The notes under the pieces were generated by a model that did not search any database, was not told the origin of the DNA, and worked only from the letters and a program-made list of their open reading frames with translations. The position numbers and the translations under genes were made by a program. A stretch of DNA of 63,472 bases, filler included, from Intoshia linei (lineage: Eukaryota; Animalia; Orthonectida), in the NCBI GenBank assembly GCA_001642005.1. It is 9 parts of 9 records of this genome, joined end to end, with 100 filler letters (N's around TTAATTAATTAA, not from the genome) between each part and the next. Parts side by side here need not be neighbours in the genome. Positions count along the whole stretch, not along the records: positions 10,154 to 21,702 come from LWCA01001163.1; positions 21,803 to 28,393 come from LWCA01001669.1; 7 more parts are not named here. One strand, 5' to 3'. Each line of letters starts with the position of its first letter. Within the stretch, counting starts at the first letter, position 1. This document shows, piece after piece, positions 12,428-27,048 of this stretch.

Positions 12428-13364
12428 TTTGATAATTGAACAATAAATAATCGTTTGATTTTGATTGAATATCCTTCTAAATGAAACATGAACAATGAAT
12501 CAAATAAATAGTTAAGAAATATATTTTTAAAATATAATATTATCAAATATTGACTGATCACGTGTAATAAATGTAAAATGGAAAATTATAGTATGCTTTA
12601 AATTGATTAAAAACTAAATAATAATATTTACAATAATAATCTGGAACAAACAGGTATATTGTAATTAGTAACATTGGTTTATGTTATCATATTTACCAAT
12701 TAAAAATTTATCAAATTCAATATCAATAATATACGTTAAAAATAATGCAACTATTCCATATCTCAAACTATAGTAAACTATTTTAAACCTATTTAAATCA
12801 ATTTAAACTACTTTAAATGCAATTTCAAGTATAGAACGGATTCATAACTATAATTGAATCCAATATCTATTAACTCTAGTTAACCTGAAATTTTGAGATG
12901 GCTTCAAATTAATGGATCAAGTTTCAATGTAATGGTTTTAAGTATTTTTTAAATTATTTTTAATACTTATTTATAAGTTGATATTTATTAAATTCAAATC
13001 AAAAGCGGTATTTATACGCCACATCAAATTATATAATGAAATTTATTACGCTGTAATGTTAATGTAATTAAGTGTGAACAATTTTAATACAATAGTACAA
13101 TAATGTACATTTATTGATATTTTAAAAATTTCAAAATTCGCTGGTAGTGTATATTAATGCTTTTCGACAGCATGTGATACTAATTATTATATTTTGGTAG
13201 TGCACGAGTTAAATTTTTTTAATATTATTTTATATTTAATTTATGAAAGTAGTCAATGCAAAAATGAATTAATAATTTTAAATTATTGATAACTATCAAA
13301 TGTTACGTATTTCTAGCTTGTATACTTTACAAAGTGAGTTAACATAAATAAACAGAAAAATTTA

Positions 13365-13497
13365 ATTTAAATTTAAAAATCGATGTTAACAAAAGTTTAT
13401 TGAATTAAAATTGAAATTAAATTTGAAAATCGATAGCAACAAAATTTTATTGAATTTAAATTTGAAAATCGATAACAACAAAAGTTTATTGAATTAA
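13365..13497. repeat. Minisatellite, three ~38-45 nt units
   Basis: ttaaatttRaaaatcgat..aacaaaaRtttattgaatt repeated three times. Confidence 0.75.
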
Positions 13498-15099
13498 TTT
13501 GTTAATTAATTAATTAAATTTACATCCATTTAGTCAAAAATGAAATGTCAATTTCAGAGATTGAAACCTAGATTTTTAGAATCTAAGTAAAATATATAAC
13601 CTCAATGTGGAATTTATAGAATTATACGATGTATTAGTTTTTATATTAATTTTAAACATATAAATTGTAAAATAGTAGTTATATACTATGTATGTAATAA
13701 TTAAAATGGTAATATGATTTTTAGCAAATGTATAATATGATGGATTAAAATATTAATTTAAAGGATTTCAATATCCAATATCTTGATCATAATCTATCAC
13801 CAGAAAATACGTTCTAATAGTTCGATTTTGTAAAATTTTAGGATCTTTAGTTTAATAAACTCGGTCACAGATAGGCGAAAAGTAATTTTATAAAAATGCT
13901 AAATGTAAATATAATTACATTTTTCATTTATTGTATTATTGCTATTTTTCATTTTTTTTAAAGATAAATTCAACTCTATATAAACAGACAGTGTTATGAT
14001 TTGTGATTATGAATTGTGAAAATATGACTAAAAATGATCAAAATGACTGTCAAATCACTCACTGCATAAATTTATTTCAATTGTATTTATTATTTATAAT
14101 TTATTCTGTTCTTTAATTTTGTCACTCTGCTTATTTTTGTCAATATTTTAATTAAAAGCTTTTTTAATTTTTATTATATTAATGAAATGTATTCAAATAT
14201 GTGAAATGAATTGAAATGAGCTAACATTAAAAAATGCTTGTAATTTTAGAATATTTAATTGATAATAATTAGAAAATGCTTGAAAAATTGATCATAATAT
14301 TAATCGATTAAAATTACTTTATCTCAAATAGGATTCTAGTTTTTTATTTATATGGAAAGCTCTATTAAGTATTTAAGAACTCAAGTATTTGTGTTAATTT
14401 TATTGTATAAATTTTGCTTAAATATACATTTGTATTAAATAATTCATATACAATTTCAATTTAAACTGTAGGTTTGTAAAATCTTTTAAAATTGACATTA
14501 CTTTTAATTGAAACAATAAAAAATAAAATAAAAAATCTACAAAATGAATACATTAAATTAAACATATTTAAAGATAAAAGATATTAAAGATGTTAATATT
14601 ATGGACTAAAATATAAGTATAACTTAATTAATCAATCTTAATTATATCAACTCAGGTTGAGTCTCAGCATAATTAAACGAGTTGATGAGCTCAAATCAAA
14701 ACTTATGATTATAAATAAAATTAAAAATTTTATTTAAATGTTAATATCACATAAAATAGTCCTTATCTCAGTTATCTCACTTTTATAATGCAGTCGAAAC
14801 GATGTATACCTAGATTACAGATTAAGATGCTTAATTAATTAAATTGATCTATATTTAAAAGAAGTGTAGAACAGAGATTAAACTGATCTAGATGAAATAT
14901 AAAATTTTAACATTGTAATAGTATCCACAATGTATTGCTAGCGTCCTTATTTTCTTACTCAAGCTGATACGAACCGTGTCATTTATTATATGTAGTTGAT
15001 AGAGATTTAAACGTTTTAATAGATTTATAATACTGAAACGTTCCAGATAGTCAGTTTTATACAGATGTATGTATCAAAATATACAATTACATGATGAAT

Positions 15100-15718
15100 A
15101 CATGAATTAAATCCATATAAATGTAACGGATGAGTCTGTGGTCTGTATTATGTACCAGAGTTGTGCAACACGATCAGAAGTTTGTGTTCTGATGGTGGTG
15201 GAGAAATTTTCAAACTTTATGTTTCCGCTTGTGATTGCATTAAATTTCGATAAGTGCAGTTACTTAAAGGTTGGTTATATACTAAATTCTAAAGTTCGTG
15301 TTTCTCATCGTGTTTTACACTAGAGTTCTGTAACACGTCCGATGCAAAAAATTATTTCTCAAAACAAATAATGAATATGTTAATTAATGTATAATAACTT
15401 AATGTGTCACACATATTCTTAAATCATTGATGATGATTCCATGATTCATTTGCACAAAAATCGTTCAATTTTAAATCTCTTCCAATTCTTCAATTTTTCC
15501 AGGAATTATTATCAGTTATAATCATAATTCTGATTCAGAATAGAGATGCAAAATAATGAAAACTTAATACGTAGTAAAAAAAGTTAAGTTTAGCAATTGT
15601 ATATGTTGCATAGAATGACGTCTAAGACACGTTCTTAGTCAAATACATTCTACGACTTGCCCGTGGAATGTGTACATTTCACAGTTGTACACATTCTATA
15701 CGACATATACATTGTATA
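15100..15718 (-). mobile_element. Possible highly decayed MULE remnant
   Basis: The minus strand gives ..NDFCANESWNHHQ*F, resembling the MULE RTNNxxExWN/H motif. Internally repetitive end (gtgtacattt/gttgtacacatt) at 15670-15718. Confidence 0.3.
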
Positions 15719-18131
15719 CTAATTTTAAACAGCAACACTATTATTATAATAATAGCTAAATAAATTAAACCAATAATTATTGGTTATTTTAAAGTATATG
15801 TTTGAAAAGATATAAGTGCATTAAATATACAGGTTGGATCTATAATTATCACTTTTATTCCATGTGAGCGTTAAAAATTATATCATTTTTAATGATTTAA
15901 AATGTTCAATTCTAACCGGTTCAATATAATATAAAAAGAATCCCAATTCGGGATCCTTCTCCAGTATGAACATAAATTAATGATATCGAAAAAAACATTG
16001 TCAGCTAGGCATCACTGAAAGTTTATTTATATTGCTATATTCGAATTTAGGCATATGCGATAATTATGTGATTTTAATATATACTCACATTTATCACTCA
16101 TAGTTTTTTTATATTTAAAAAATATAAATCCGCAATAAATATTACAATTTATTACCGTTCCGCCGTGAAAAAAGTCGGAATCCCTGGATTATACCAACTT
16201 AATATCAAATTTTAAAAAACTATGGTAACAACAATTAAAATAAATTAAATGTTAAGGTTATAAAAATTATATTTATAATAACTAATTTGCTTGGGGTGGT
16301 CGGACTTTTTCAAAATTTAAGCTTAAAAACTATACCTCGACTCTTAAGTGTATATTTATCACCATGTCGTACCCTGTATTTTTGATTTAAAAATAATGCT
16401 AACAGTGCTAATAAGTAATAAATTAATCTCAAAATCAAAATGAATAAAATTAAAACTAAAATTGGGATAATTACGATAATTAATAAATATAATATTTATA
16501 ATAGAATATAATAATAATGAGATTAAACAAAATACTTACATATACTCATCATGAATAAATCAAAAGATAATGTTTTGTAAAAAAAATAAATGTATAATAA
16601 AAATAAAAATAAAAATAGGTAACATTTTCTATGAACATTATTAGCAACTTCAAAAACGTTTATCTAGTTAATTTACTCAAAGTAAATATCAATAGTAATT
16701 TATATCAATTGAGTCAAATATTAGCATACTGTTGTTAAATACATAATTGTATGTGATATTATATCAATTAACAATAAGATTACTTAATAGAGCATACATT
16801 TTGGTTAACTCACTGTTCAATATATCAAGATATGTTATATTAATATCATATATTAAATAATAAAGTCATTAAAAGTAATTACATGAAATAACTTGATTGT
16901 TTAAAACTATTCAACAAAACATTTTTATAATATTATTTATAAATTAATATTATTTATAAATTAATATTATTCAATTTTAAATCTAAATTATGTAGTCAAT
17001 GAAATCATTAACCGGAATGTAATTTTTTACACTTGTAAATTATTCATTGTTTCACAATTCTTTTAATCCTATTAAAAAATTATATTTAAAAAAATTGGTA
17101 TTAAAGTATTAAATATAGGATAAGTCAGATTTAGCGGTGGATCTAAGAAAATTAATTAAATATTAAAGTTTATGTCAAAATATTAATATTGGAACAATCA
17201 ATTACTATTACAATTTGATGAATCATTATTAAACTTATATCATTCGTTTTAACGGGTTTATGCTTGATTGGAACGTGTTTATTTGATAATTATGAATATT
17301 ATAATTATGTCTCATGGGAATATATGATAATGTATTTAAAATACAATAAATGTATATGAAATAACTTTTTTAAAACACAGATGTGGAAATTATGCTCACT
17401 AGGACAGGATATGTTTAAATATGCTAAATTTTTATTTTTCTAATTAAGATCCTTCAATCGGGTGTACAATTATGAATCCAAATATTTTTATTTTATTGCA
17501 TTTTTAAATCACTTTTAGTATTTGTTAATTAATTTGAAGTTTAGTATAAAAAAATTACTGCTAAGGTTTAACTTAAGATCAGTAAAAGAAAAAAGTTTAA
17601 GTTTTGTAAAGCTACAATTCTAATACATGTATTCTTATTTACATGAAAATATTAATCTAAACCAGTTTTTCGGAACGATGAAGGAATAACCACCTTAGAC
17701 CATTTTTTTAAAAATGGGCCGATTTATCGTAAATACTAAAATATTAACAAACAAAGATGGCATACATACATTAAATTATCATTTTTAGTACGCACTAAAA
17801 ACGACGCCAAATTTCAAACACAATACAAAAAGTTTTCATTATTTCTCCGTGGTCCCATTCGTATAACAAATCTCCTGTAGCTCCCAAATTTTTATTGTGA
17901 CTCCTTAATGTAATCACATATTCAATCTTGAAACTACTGATTTTATGTAATGTTTACTGTGATAATTACATCATTATGAAAACTAATCCTTTTTTAACAG
18001 AAATCGATAAAATTACTGACACTTAATGTTACATTTCAAATTATGAGAAAATGATATAAACTGCATAAAAAATCTATAAGTGCCATTTCCCTACTACTAT
18101 ATATCATATATTAACGGTCTAGCATCTATAT

Positions 18132-18449
18132 CAGTATTTCTCAACCTTTTTTCCATTGGGGCGTATTTGGCAGCAATTAAAAAATTTTGGCGCACGAGAA
18201 GATACCGAAATAGTAAAAATTTTATATTTGTTGGTGCTTACTGAAAATCTTTACTATAATATAATATAATGTAATATTTTCAAATGAAAAGATGTCAATT
18301 TAAGAAAAGAAATTATTGTGTTAAAAAAAAGAAAAATCTGATATAACTCACCCTTTGTGAAATGGTATATAGCTCTTTGCAATTTTTCACTGGCACACAT
18401 AAAATTTCTGGTGCACTCGTGCGCCAGGAACACCGGTTGAGAAACACTG
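18132..18449. mobile_element. Buster-type hAT MITE
   Basis: TIRs CAGTATTTCTCAACC / GGTTGAGAAACACTG (14/15 match). Confidence 0.75.
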
Positions 18450-20748
18450 TCAACATTCTATAATCTAGAAACCCTTGAAAATTAATTGAATAAAAGTTTT
18501 TAAAAATAAATAAATAAAAATATAAATGTCTACAATTTGTTAAATTTTGAAAAATGAATAAAATTACAGAAAAATTGTCCAAAATAGGCAATAAAATCAA
18601 TCAGAAATGTAAGTGAAATTGAATATATAAGAAATATAACTACATATACATAAACTGTATTGCACAAAAATATAAAAATATAAAAACATACCCTATAAAT
18701 AAGTCAAGCTAAAGCAAATAAAACCAAATTGAACCGGGAACTTTGCAATATAAAAGCCAAGTAAAATTTAATTTGATATGAAATTATTTTATAATGATAT
18801 TCAAGTAAAACTAATTAACAAAAGTAATTCAATAGGTACACTATTGATTTATTGAATTTGAATATTTAAATATTTAATTAATTTATATGTATACCATTAA
18901 TTTTTAAAAATGAAAAAAAATTAATAAGGTATAAAACCGATAAAATAGATTAAAACCAAATGCCATGTATTTATTATTTTTATATATTTTAATTGTAAAA
19001 ATTACCAAATAAAATTGAATATTGCTTTGATATATGTCGTCTTTTTGAATATAGTTCAATATATAGATTATTTCGATTAACAAAAAATTATAATATGGAA
19101 ATCATGCAACGTCCAAAGGCGGAGTCTATGTGTAATATCGTTAATTAGATTCAAACAGTAAATGTTGAAATGGCTCTATCGAATACAAAAATTTAATTAT
19201 AAATGAGTTTCAATTTCTTTAAAAATTATCGAAAACTGGCAGCTAAATTGTGAAATTAATACTGTACTACGCATAATATACATGAAATTTAATATTTAAA
19301 ATTTTAACAATACGATGTATTGCGATTATCAAGGTATCCAAGTGACCTTTGAATAATGTTGTAAAATGTACAGTATTACAGTTTAAAAATTAATCTGGGA
19401 TTAGCATCTTAACAGATTATAATGAAAAAACTAATTGTATTAATCCCTGTCTCGTCTAATAATGCTATACATATTAAATTTCATCAGACACTTGGAGTGA
19501 TAAACGTTTGTGTAAATAAATGTGACATGAACTCTATAGATTAGTACCGTTTAGAGAATTTTCAATTTTTATATCAATTATGAATTCTTCCAATTTAAAT
19601 TACTCGAATAGAAATATATAAACGTCACGTTGGTTTAATATCACTCAAGTCGTAAATTATACATAGAAGCGAAATTATATTATTAATTAGTAAAATTGCA
19701 CACATGACATGATACAAACAAAAACTTGAGCAATGTTATTGATCTGATAATAGATAATTGACAATTTGTTTTTATAAAAGTATTTAAAAGTATTGTACAG
19801 AAAAACTGTTACGGATACTATATCAACATTATTACATCCAGTGTAATATAATCAATATTTTGATAGTTGAGTACACAATTACTAAAGTACTAGTGTAAAT
19901 TAATATCAAAATATTGTTTTATATATTAAATTGTACTTTAGGGTCCAATATTGCACGCACAATAGCATATCATTTCATATTGTTCACTATTAATTGATTT
20001 TTGTTTTTCCATTCTTAATTTAATAGATAATAAATTATCCTCAATGATGAGCTTAAAATTTTTGTGTTTTCAATTAAATTCACTTTAAAAATTGTACTAT
20101 AATAAATTAAGTATAACCATAGTCAGCAGTGCTGACTCAGAACCATAAAAATGATCCAAAACACTCTATCAATAATATGAATCTTTGGAATTGGATTAGA
20201 CCAATTATTACCATATTTTAGAGAGGTTGATGCAAGCTACGAATTCTTATCGGTTTAGTAGAACTAAACAGTTATTTTTTAATATTTTTAAGTGGTAGAT
20301 TAATCAATGATTTAGTTGTACAATCTAAACCAGTAATGAAAATACCAACAAATAATAAACTTGAAAATAATGAAAACCGTAATTGTGATACTTATTAACA
20401 TTATAAATACAGTGAATCAAATAATCGATTAGATAAACGACACGATAAATAATTTGAGAAAACCAATATAGCCAAAACATAATTAATTCTAATGATGACT
20501 GAAAATTTAAATTCACGATTGCGTGCAAATATTTGACGTTTTTACGTTACAATTAATATACACGTACTTAACATCTTTCAATTTGAACACATGGTGTGCA
20601 AAATATTTGAGTGTTCAAATCCTTAGGTTTGTCTGTGTGTTATCGTATATTTCAATTATTATTAATATCGCGGTTTGTACGTAGTTCATAACAGTCCACC
20701 TAGTATAATATAAACAATAAATAAAAAGAATAATGGAAGTATTTTAAT

Positions 20749-21298
20749 TAGTGACGCGACGATTCCCAAATTTTCAATGATGCCGTTTCGATTCTTAAAA
20801 AAAACGTTTCCGATTCCTATGCAATTCAAAATACTTTTGAATCATACTATTAGTTTTATTTGTTAATTAGAAAAATAAATAAGAAAAACGAATTTATAGA
20901 ACTACGAAATAAACGACTAAAAAACATAATAAAAATGCTTAAATTAATTAATACTACATTAATGTTTAATGTCAGAACCAAATAACTTTTAATTATATGG
21001 TTAAAATATTAGCTTTTTACCAGTTGTATCAAATAATCTATTTGGTTTTGGAGAATAGATAGAACCTCCAACCCTAAAAATTATTAAACTTTCATTTGAT
21101 AAGGAGAAGAAGATAAATATTGTTTTACAAGTAAACCAATAATCGGAAAATTTAATTGATTTATTTTATTGAGCAATAATCCATATTTAATTCATTTTAA
21201 TTTAAAAAATCTGCTGTTTTATGCAAACAATTTTTTTTATAAAAGTAGTAAAAAATGATTCCTGCAATTCCCGTTTCCTTGGAATCGTCGCATCACTA
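20749..21298. mobile_element. hAT MITE (TAGTGA ends) with perfect 8-bp TSD
   Basis: TIRs TAGTGACGCGACGATTCC / GGAATCGTCGCATCACTA; ATTTTAAT on both sides. Confidence 0.9.
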
Positions 21299-21654
21299 AT
21301 TTTAATACAATGTTATTATCAGTTATACATATATTACACTCAAAAGCAAATATTTTAATGAATTTTATAAATTTTTAAATTAGAGCAGTTTGAATGCATT
21401 TACACAATTGTTAAATAAAATGACACATCAACTATTGAATCAACATTTCAAAATTTTTGGGAATAAAATTAAAATTAGACAAATAAAAAATTAATCGTTA
21501 AATTTTTTTTATTATACGTAAGTACAATTTTTAATTCATCAAGCATGGGTATAATTTTTTTGTAGTATGGGAATTATTATATTTTTATATATAAAAAATT
21601 AAGGTTATGAATATCATTATGATGAAAAATGAAAAAATTTTTATTATTTATGTA

Positions 21655-21702
21655 TTAGGTCGTTTCATAAGTAATGTCGTTTTTATTGTAACTTTATTAT
21701 AA
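21655..21702 (+). mobile_element. End of a mariner element, truncated by the gap
   Basis: TA|TTAGGTCGTTTCATAAGTAATGTCGTTTTTATTG... is 47/48 identical to the reverse complement of 28787-28834. Confidence 0.85.
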
Positions 21703-22439
21703 NNNNNNNNNNNNNNNNNNNNNNNNNNNNNNNNNNNNNNNNNNNNTTAATTAATTAANNNNNNNNNNNNNNNNNNNNNNNNNNNNNNNNNNNNNNNNNN
21801 NNTGCTACATTAAATTATAACATTTGGATTAGTCCACTATTTCTTATACTAGGTTTGACCGATAATTTTCAAATATACAGCTTAAGTGCTTCGAATTATT
21901 CCGAATTTTAATTTTTATATTTTTTACGATCATACTTTTTAATTTTTAACATAGTCTCCGATCAGAAACATTTTTCTAGTCAATATATTAGTCGATCGCC
22001 ACTCATTGAAAAAAATTTTAAAGTCGATCGCATCAAAAAAAGGTTGGGCACCCATGGTGTAAATGATCAATTCGGCTTATGTTGTATTGTAATAAATTTG
22101 TAAACTAAATGTAATTTGAAACTTTTCATTATGTAATCATGTCAAATTTTTGTACTTATTTATAACTTAAAGCACTGACTGTATAAATTTCATAAAATGG
22201 GGTATTTTTATATCCACGCGAGTAGTTACGTTATATTATACATTTTGAGCTAGCAGTTACGTGTTAATAATATTTCTTATATCCATACATATTTAAATTT
22301 TGTTACAGTTGGTGACACCTTACCTTGTAAGTATTGTTTTCAATATGGTTATAATAACTATAATATTACTGAATAGTTATGTGATTTTATTACAGTGATT
22401 ATATAATATAATTTCATTTGAAAAAAATTACTAGTTATG

Positions 22440-22565
22440 CAGTGAAACCTCGCTATATTCCGATTCCGTTACTTACTAAAAAAATTCATCTGTTATTAGA
22501 TGCATTTATTTATTCGAAATTGCAATTTTTAAATTTATAATAGTGTGCTCATAGAGGTTTCACTA
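22440..22565. mobile_element. pogo/Tigger-like MITE
   Basis: Inverted ends CAGTGAAACCTC.CTAT...ATAGAGGTTTCACT. A similar short element lies at 62392-62476 (CAGTAAAACCTC...GAAGGTTATACTG|TA). Confidence 0.6.
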
Positions 22566-23000
22566 TTTACTAATTCTCTCTAATAAATTAAAAAAATCCC
22601 AACATGAAATTTTTTTTAAAAAGTTTTTATTGATATGTTAACAAAATAGAATTTAATGTGAACTGAAGATCTGTGTGAAATAAGTTTGGGAACCACTCAT
22701 TTAAAGGATTGGTATTGGATTGGATTAATAATGAATAGTAGCATTTTTATGTAAGATTTTAGTATTGAAATTATTTTTTGGTAGAATTACATAAAATAGG
22801 CCCTAGGCAGAGATATGTACTTTTTGTACAAAGTACAAACGGTTAAGCTAATTACTTTATATAATTACGGTGATAGGTAATGGATACACTTAGTATACAA
22901 TATATGCATTTAATTTATCAAGATTAGTTATTTTTTATCCGCTAATACTTAGAAGCTAAGGTGTCGATAACAATTAATTCAAATAATTTTCTTATTATAG

Positions 23001-26000
23001 ATAGACGCTCGCATCTATCTTTAATTTTAATATCGATTTATGGAGCACTGGAAAACGATTACAATAATGTTTTGGAACCTATAAGCTGCATAGAAAATGA
23101 TTATCTAAATACAGCATTTAAATTTTTAACTGCAAAATCCGAAAAACTGGAGACTATTTTTGTACGATTTATTTACATTCCGACCTATGCGTAAGGAACA
23201 AAATGCGTGTTCCCGGTTTATCTGAGTGTTCGGATTTATCTCCCTAATTTTTAAAATTTTATTTGATAACATTTGGCGCAGAAAATTTTTAAAATCAAAA
23301 ATTCAAAAGATTCTACGGTATACATTATAATGTTTTTTATCGATAGGTCGAACTGTTATCGAACGAATATACAAGGTGTTCATTTGAAATCGCCACTTTG
23401 AAATTTGAACTTATTAGAAAAAATTTGAAAAGTGGGTCATATAAAAATTTAAACAAGCTATATGAAAATCTTCAAATTAAATTGTGATTATGATTACGAA
23501 TTCCTACTTATATAATATGCTACGCAATATTTGTTTGTGTGTGTTCCAGATTATTTCAATAATTACCAGTTTTAGAATTTTATAAAGTCCACATTTCAAT
23601 TACAGTTTTTTTCGGGAATAATAAGATAAATTTCAACCTCCCAAACTCTCAGCTTACGGGTCAAAAACCCCAATAAAATAAAATACGATGAAATTAACGG
23701 ATTCTATAATTCTGTATGAAATTGAATTTGATGAGTTACCATTTTTTGACTTTTGCAATCTGTGCGCTATAAAATGAACACCGTATATTAAAATTATATT
23801 TGTTAATTTATTGTATTAGAAAAATACAAATATTGGCATTCTAGACAAAATTGCATTTGGTTGCAAATATATCGATTCTAAATTGGTACATTTATATTTT
23901 ATCTACAAATCTATGCTATTTTACTTTCAATATGATAATAATGTGTTACATCCTAACTTATATAATATGCTACGCGATATATAACATGTTTTGATGAAGT
24001 GTATTGGAATAATTTACGTTAAAGTTAAATTAATGTTACGTTTATTAGTATTTTACGATCATATAACAAGTAGGGTGCCAAAAATTTAATAAAGTAAATT
24101 TTATAGTTATAAAAGTTACAATTTATTATTATTAAAATATTTGTTCAGAAATTGGCACACTACTATAGTACGAATAAATTTAAATTATATTTTTTAAACA
24201 GGGACTTTTTAAAATTATTTAAAATATTTGACGTGCCACATAAAATTTCAATAGGTCCACAAAATGGCCCGCTGGCCACAGGTTGAGAATCACTGGTCTA
24301 TTGTATTAAGATAGAAAACTTTATTATTTATTGTCGTATACCAAGAGCGTAACATATCATGATGTTACATATCACATTTTTCTATTTTGACAACTAAAAC
24401 ATTTCTTTATTTGATAACACATTAAATTTGTTATTATGACTCAATGATGTGCAAATTTTTTGCATAATATATCTTGGCAATATAAAATCTATTTAAGATC
24501 AAATTGGTACTTCAAACCAAAGTTAAGACTGAAAACTACAGAACCAACTAATATTACAAAATAAAAACATTTTATGGTGTTTACACCAGATGTTAATGTA
24601 CTAACGACTAACTGAATTAATTGAAAATATTGGATATTGAAGAACATGGATTCCGACATAAAAATAGGTGAGAGGAAGATAAGGAGGACAGTAGGAGATG
24701 AGAGAGACGCTTTATTTTATGCACAACAACGAATGTTCTAAATTATAGTTATTTATTTTCAAATTGATCTTTCTCTGCGTCACATCTAGGTATGCGACAT
24801 TTATTAACAAAATTTGTTAACATAATAAAGTGTCAGAATTCATAATTAAAATTTAATTTTTACTAAAATATTCAAAGAGTGGTAGAGTTTAATTGAAATG
24901 TAAATTAGTTCTAAAATGATTACATATTTTTATGTAAATTCCGCATCAAATCGTTAAAAAGGTTGCATGTTGCCCACCCCTGATCTACGTGCATTACATA
25001 AATCATTAAACAACTTTATAATTAAAAATTTTGATTTAGTTATACAAATATTTAAAAAAATGGCTGGACCAATACACTAAGAATGGATGTCTAGAGGGAC
25101 TTGTTTTAGCAGGTACTACTTTTTATTTAATCTAAGGTAGACAACGTACAACGTAACTTTTTGCTTACATACATTGTACATTGATTTTAGATTTATTTCT
25201 TATAGTAATTGTAATGTGACTAATTTTTAAGGAGTGTAAACGAACCATGTTTAATGAGTAAATTATATGGCGTAACTTGTTTAAATTTACACAATTTTAT
25301 CTACGTTATACAGAGTTCTACTGTACTACATACATTCCTTAGGATTGTCAAATAATGGAATCAACCTAATTTCAAAATATATTGACCGTACAAATGATAT
25401 TCAAACTGCTGCGATTATAAGCGCATATCCTCTTTCAGTTCCAGATTTTCAACATAGTAAAAAAGTTAGAGATTGGACTAAATTGTATTGTGAACTGCTA
25501 AATCGTTGGAAATTATGGGATAAACGGTATAGACAACTTACTTAAATTACTTCAATTTCAATGTGTGTATAATATTAAAAATAAAGTAAAAACGGTCCAA
25601 TCCTAAAAATTGTCATAAATAGCATAAATTCCATGAAAAATAAAATTATAAAAACCGATTTTGTCATTTCAATGTGATGATATATTCAGTACAAATTTAA
25701 TAAATTCTTAAAAAAACCAATTATGTATCAATAATTAACCGAATATTCACTTTATAAACATATTTTAGTCGAATTTTACCAAAATTTCAAAGGATTGTAA
25801 TAAAAATGATATTAACAAAGTTTTTTAGTTTCGTTGTTTAGTTTCTTATTAAATTTGAATGTTTTATAAAAATGCTATGAAAATGAATATTTGAAATTTA
25901 AAAATTGCGTAGCAATTAAAAAAATTTCGAAGGAATGAATTATATAGATTTTCACCCATATTTCTTTATTGGAAATGTATAGACGTTCAATGCACATTTT

Positions 26001-26973
26001 TTTTGAAATTGTAGGATCAATATTTACATTTTCAATTTTTATTTTAATCAAAATATTTGAAAAATATTGGTNTGATTGATTATATTAAAAATTATTTTTC
26101 ATCGGGAATGCGTAGATTTCTCGGGTTGAACTTTTGTATTTATATCAACTAGAATAAGCTATATCAGAATAATTTTTTTTTTTAATTTTCGGACCGTTAA
26201 TTATTTCACATTTTTTGTTTTAATAAAATATTCTAATGTTATAATAATGTTTTAATTTTCGGACTGTTTTCATTAAAAAAAATGGTAATTTGGGGTTTTA
26301 GCCTGGAAGATATATTTATTTTAAATTTATGATTTTAAAATCTGTATCAGTCTGTATTTTTTAAATTTTCGAACTTGTTTAATTTTCAAAAACAGGATAA
26401 TTGGGGTTTGCTCGTGTTATTCTTTTACTTTAATTTTTTTTAAATTTAGTATATTGTTTAATATGGCTCAAATGCGTAAAACTCACAGTGAAACCAACCC
26501 AGAAGAAATTTTTATGTGTTGTAATTACTGTGGTCGTTCTCTCGTTAAAGGAAGAGATAAAAACATTAATTTAACGTCCGGTTCAATCGGGTGCCAGTTT
26601 TGTAAAAATCCTTTACCTAAATGTGCTTTGTGTTTGCAATTCTTGGGTGTGAAAACAGATGATAAAAAAGAATTCGACAATGAACATGACAGTACTATAC
26701 ATACAAACAAATTTTCTTTCAGACAAATGTATGGTAAAGACGATTTACCTGATGAATCTGAGGAATCAACAGTAAAGAAATTTTCTCCTACAGACATTTC
26801 TGTTACTTGGTGTCGTCGGTGTCGACATGGTGGCCATACTTCACATTTGATTGATTGGTTCAAGTATTTTTAATTTTTTTACTTATTCATTAAATTCTAG
26901 AGAGAATGAAAAATGTTCCGTTAGTAATTGTTCATGTACCTGCAATGTTTCCTTGACTGACTTTAATTGTTGA
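23001..26973 (+). CDS. MIOS: GATOR2 complex protein MIOS (Mio/Sea4), 3' half
   Basis: Exons 23001-23161, 23820-23885, 25040-25112, 25343-25526, 26450-26863 and 26901-26973 splice in frame. They give YLNTAFKFLT, DKIAFGCKY, GCLEGLVLAGL, YIDRTNDIQTA, LLNRWKLWDKR, LPKCALC and WCRRCRHGGHTSHLIDWF..CSVSNCSCTC (MIOS C-terminal Zn-finger/RING). AATAAA follows the stop. The N-terminal WD40 exons were not found. Confidence 0.92.
23372..23783. mobile_element. Tc1/mariner-type MITE in a MIOS intron, carrying a Helitron-like insert (~23502-23660)
   Basis: TA|CAAGGTGTTCATTT...AAATGAACACCG|TA. Confidence 0.6.
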
Positions 26974-27048
26974 TATAAATAAAATTTAATTTTGTAAAAA
27001 TTTTAAAATGTGGATACGAAAATTTATTTTATATTAATACATTATGTA

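Noticed and set aside
13365-13497. Regularly spaced ~38-nt repeats as a CRISPR array
   Set aside because: Head-to-tail minisatellite without unique spacers, in a eukaryotic context with no cas genes.
19090-20260. Candidate MIOS 5' (WD40) exons
   Set aside because: Only short chance similarities (LIWD*, NLWNWI), interrupted by stops and with no coherent splice path.
26525-26863. 112-aa minus-strand ORF (also 3403-3588, 4198-4407, 8053-8388, 33743-33949, 41971-42240, 47774-47992)
   Set aside because: Shadow or alternate-frame ORFs overlapping real exons or TE coding sequence.
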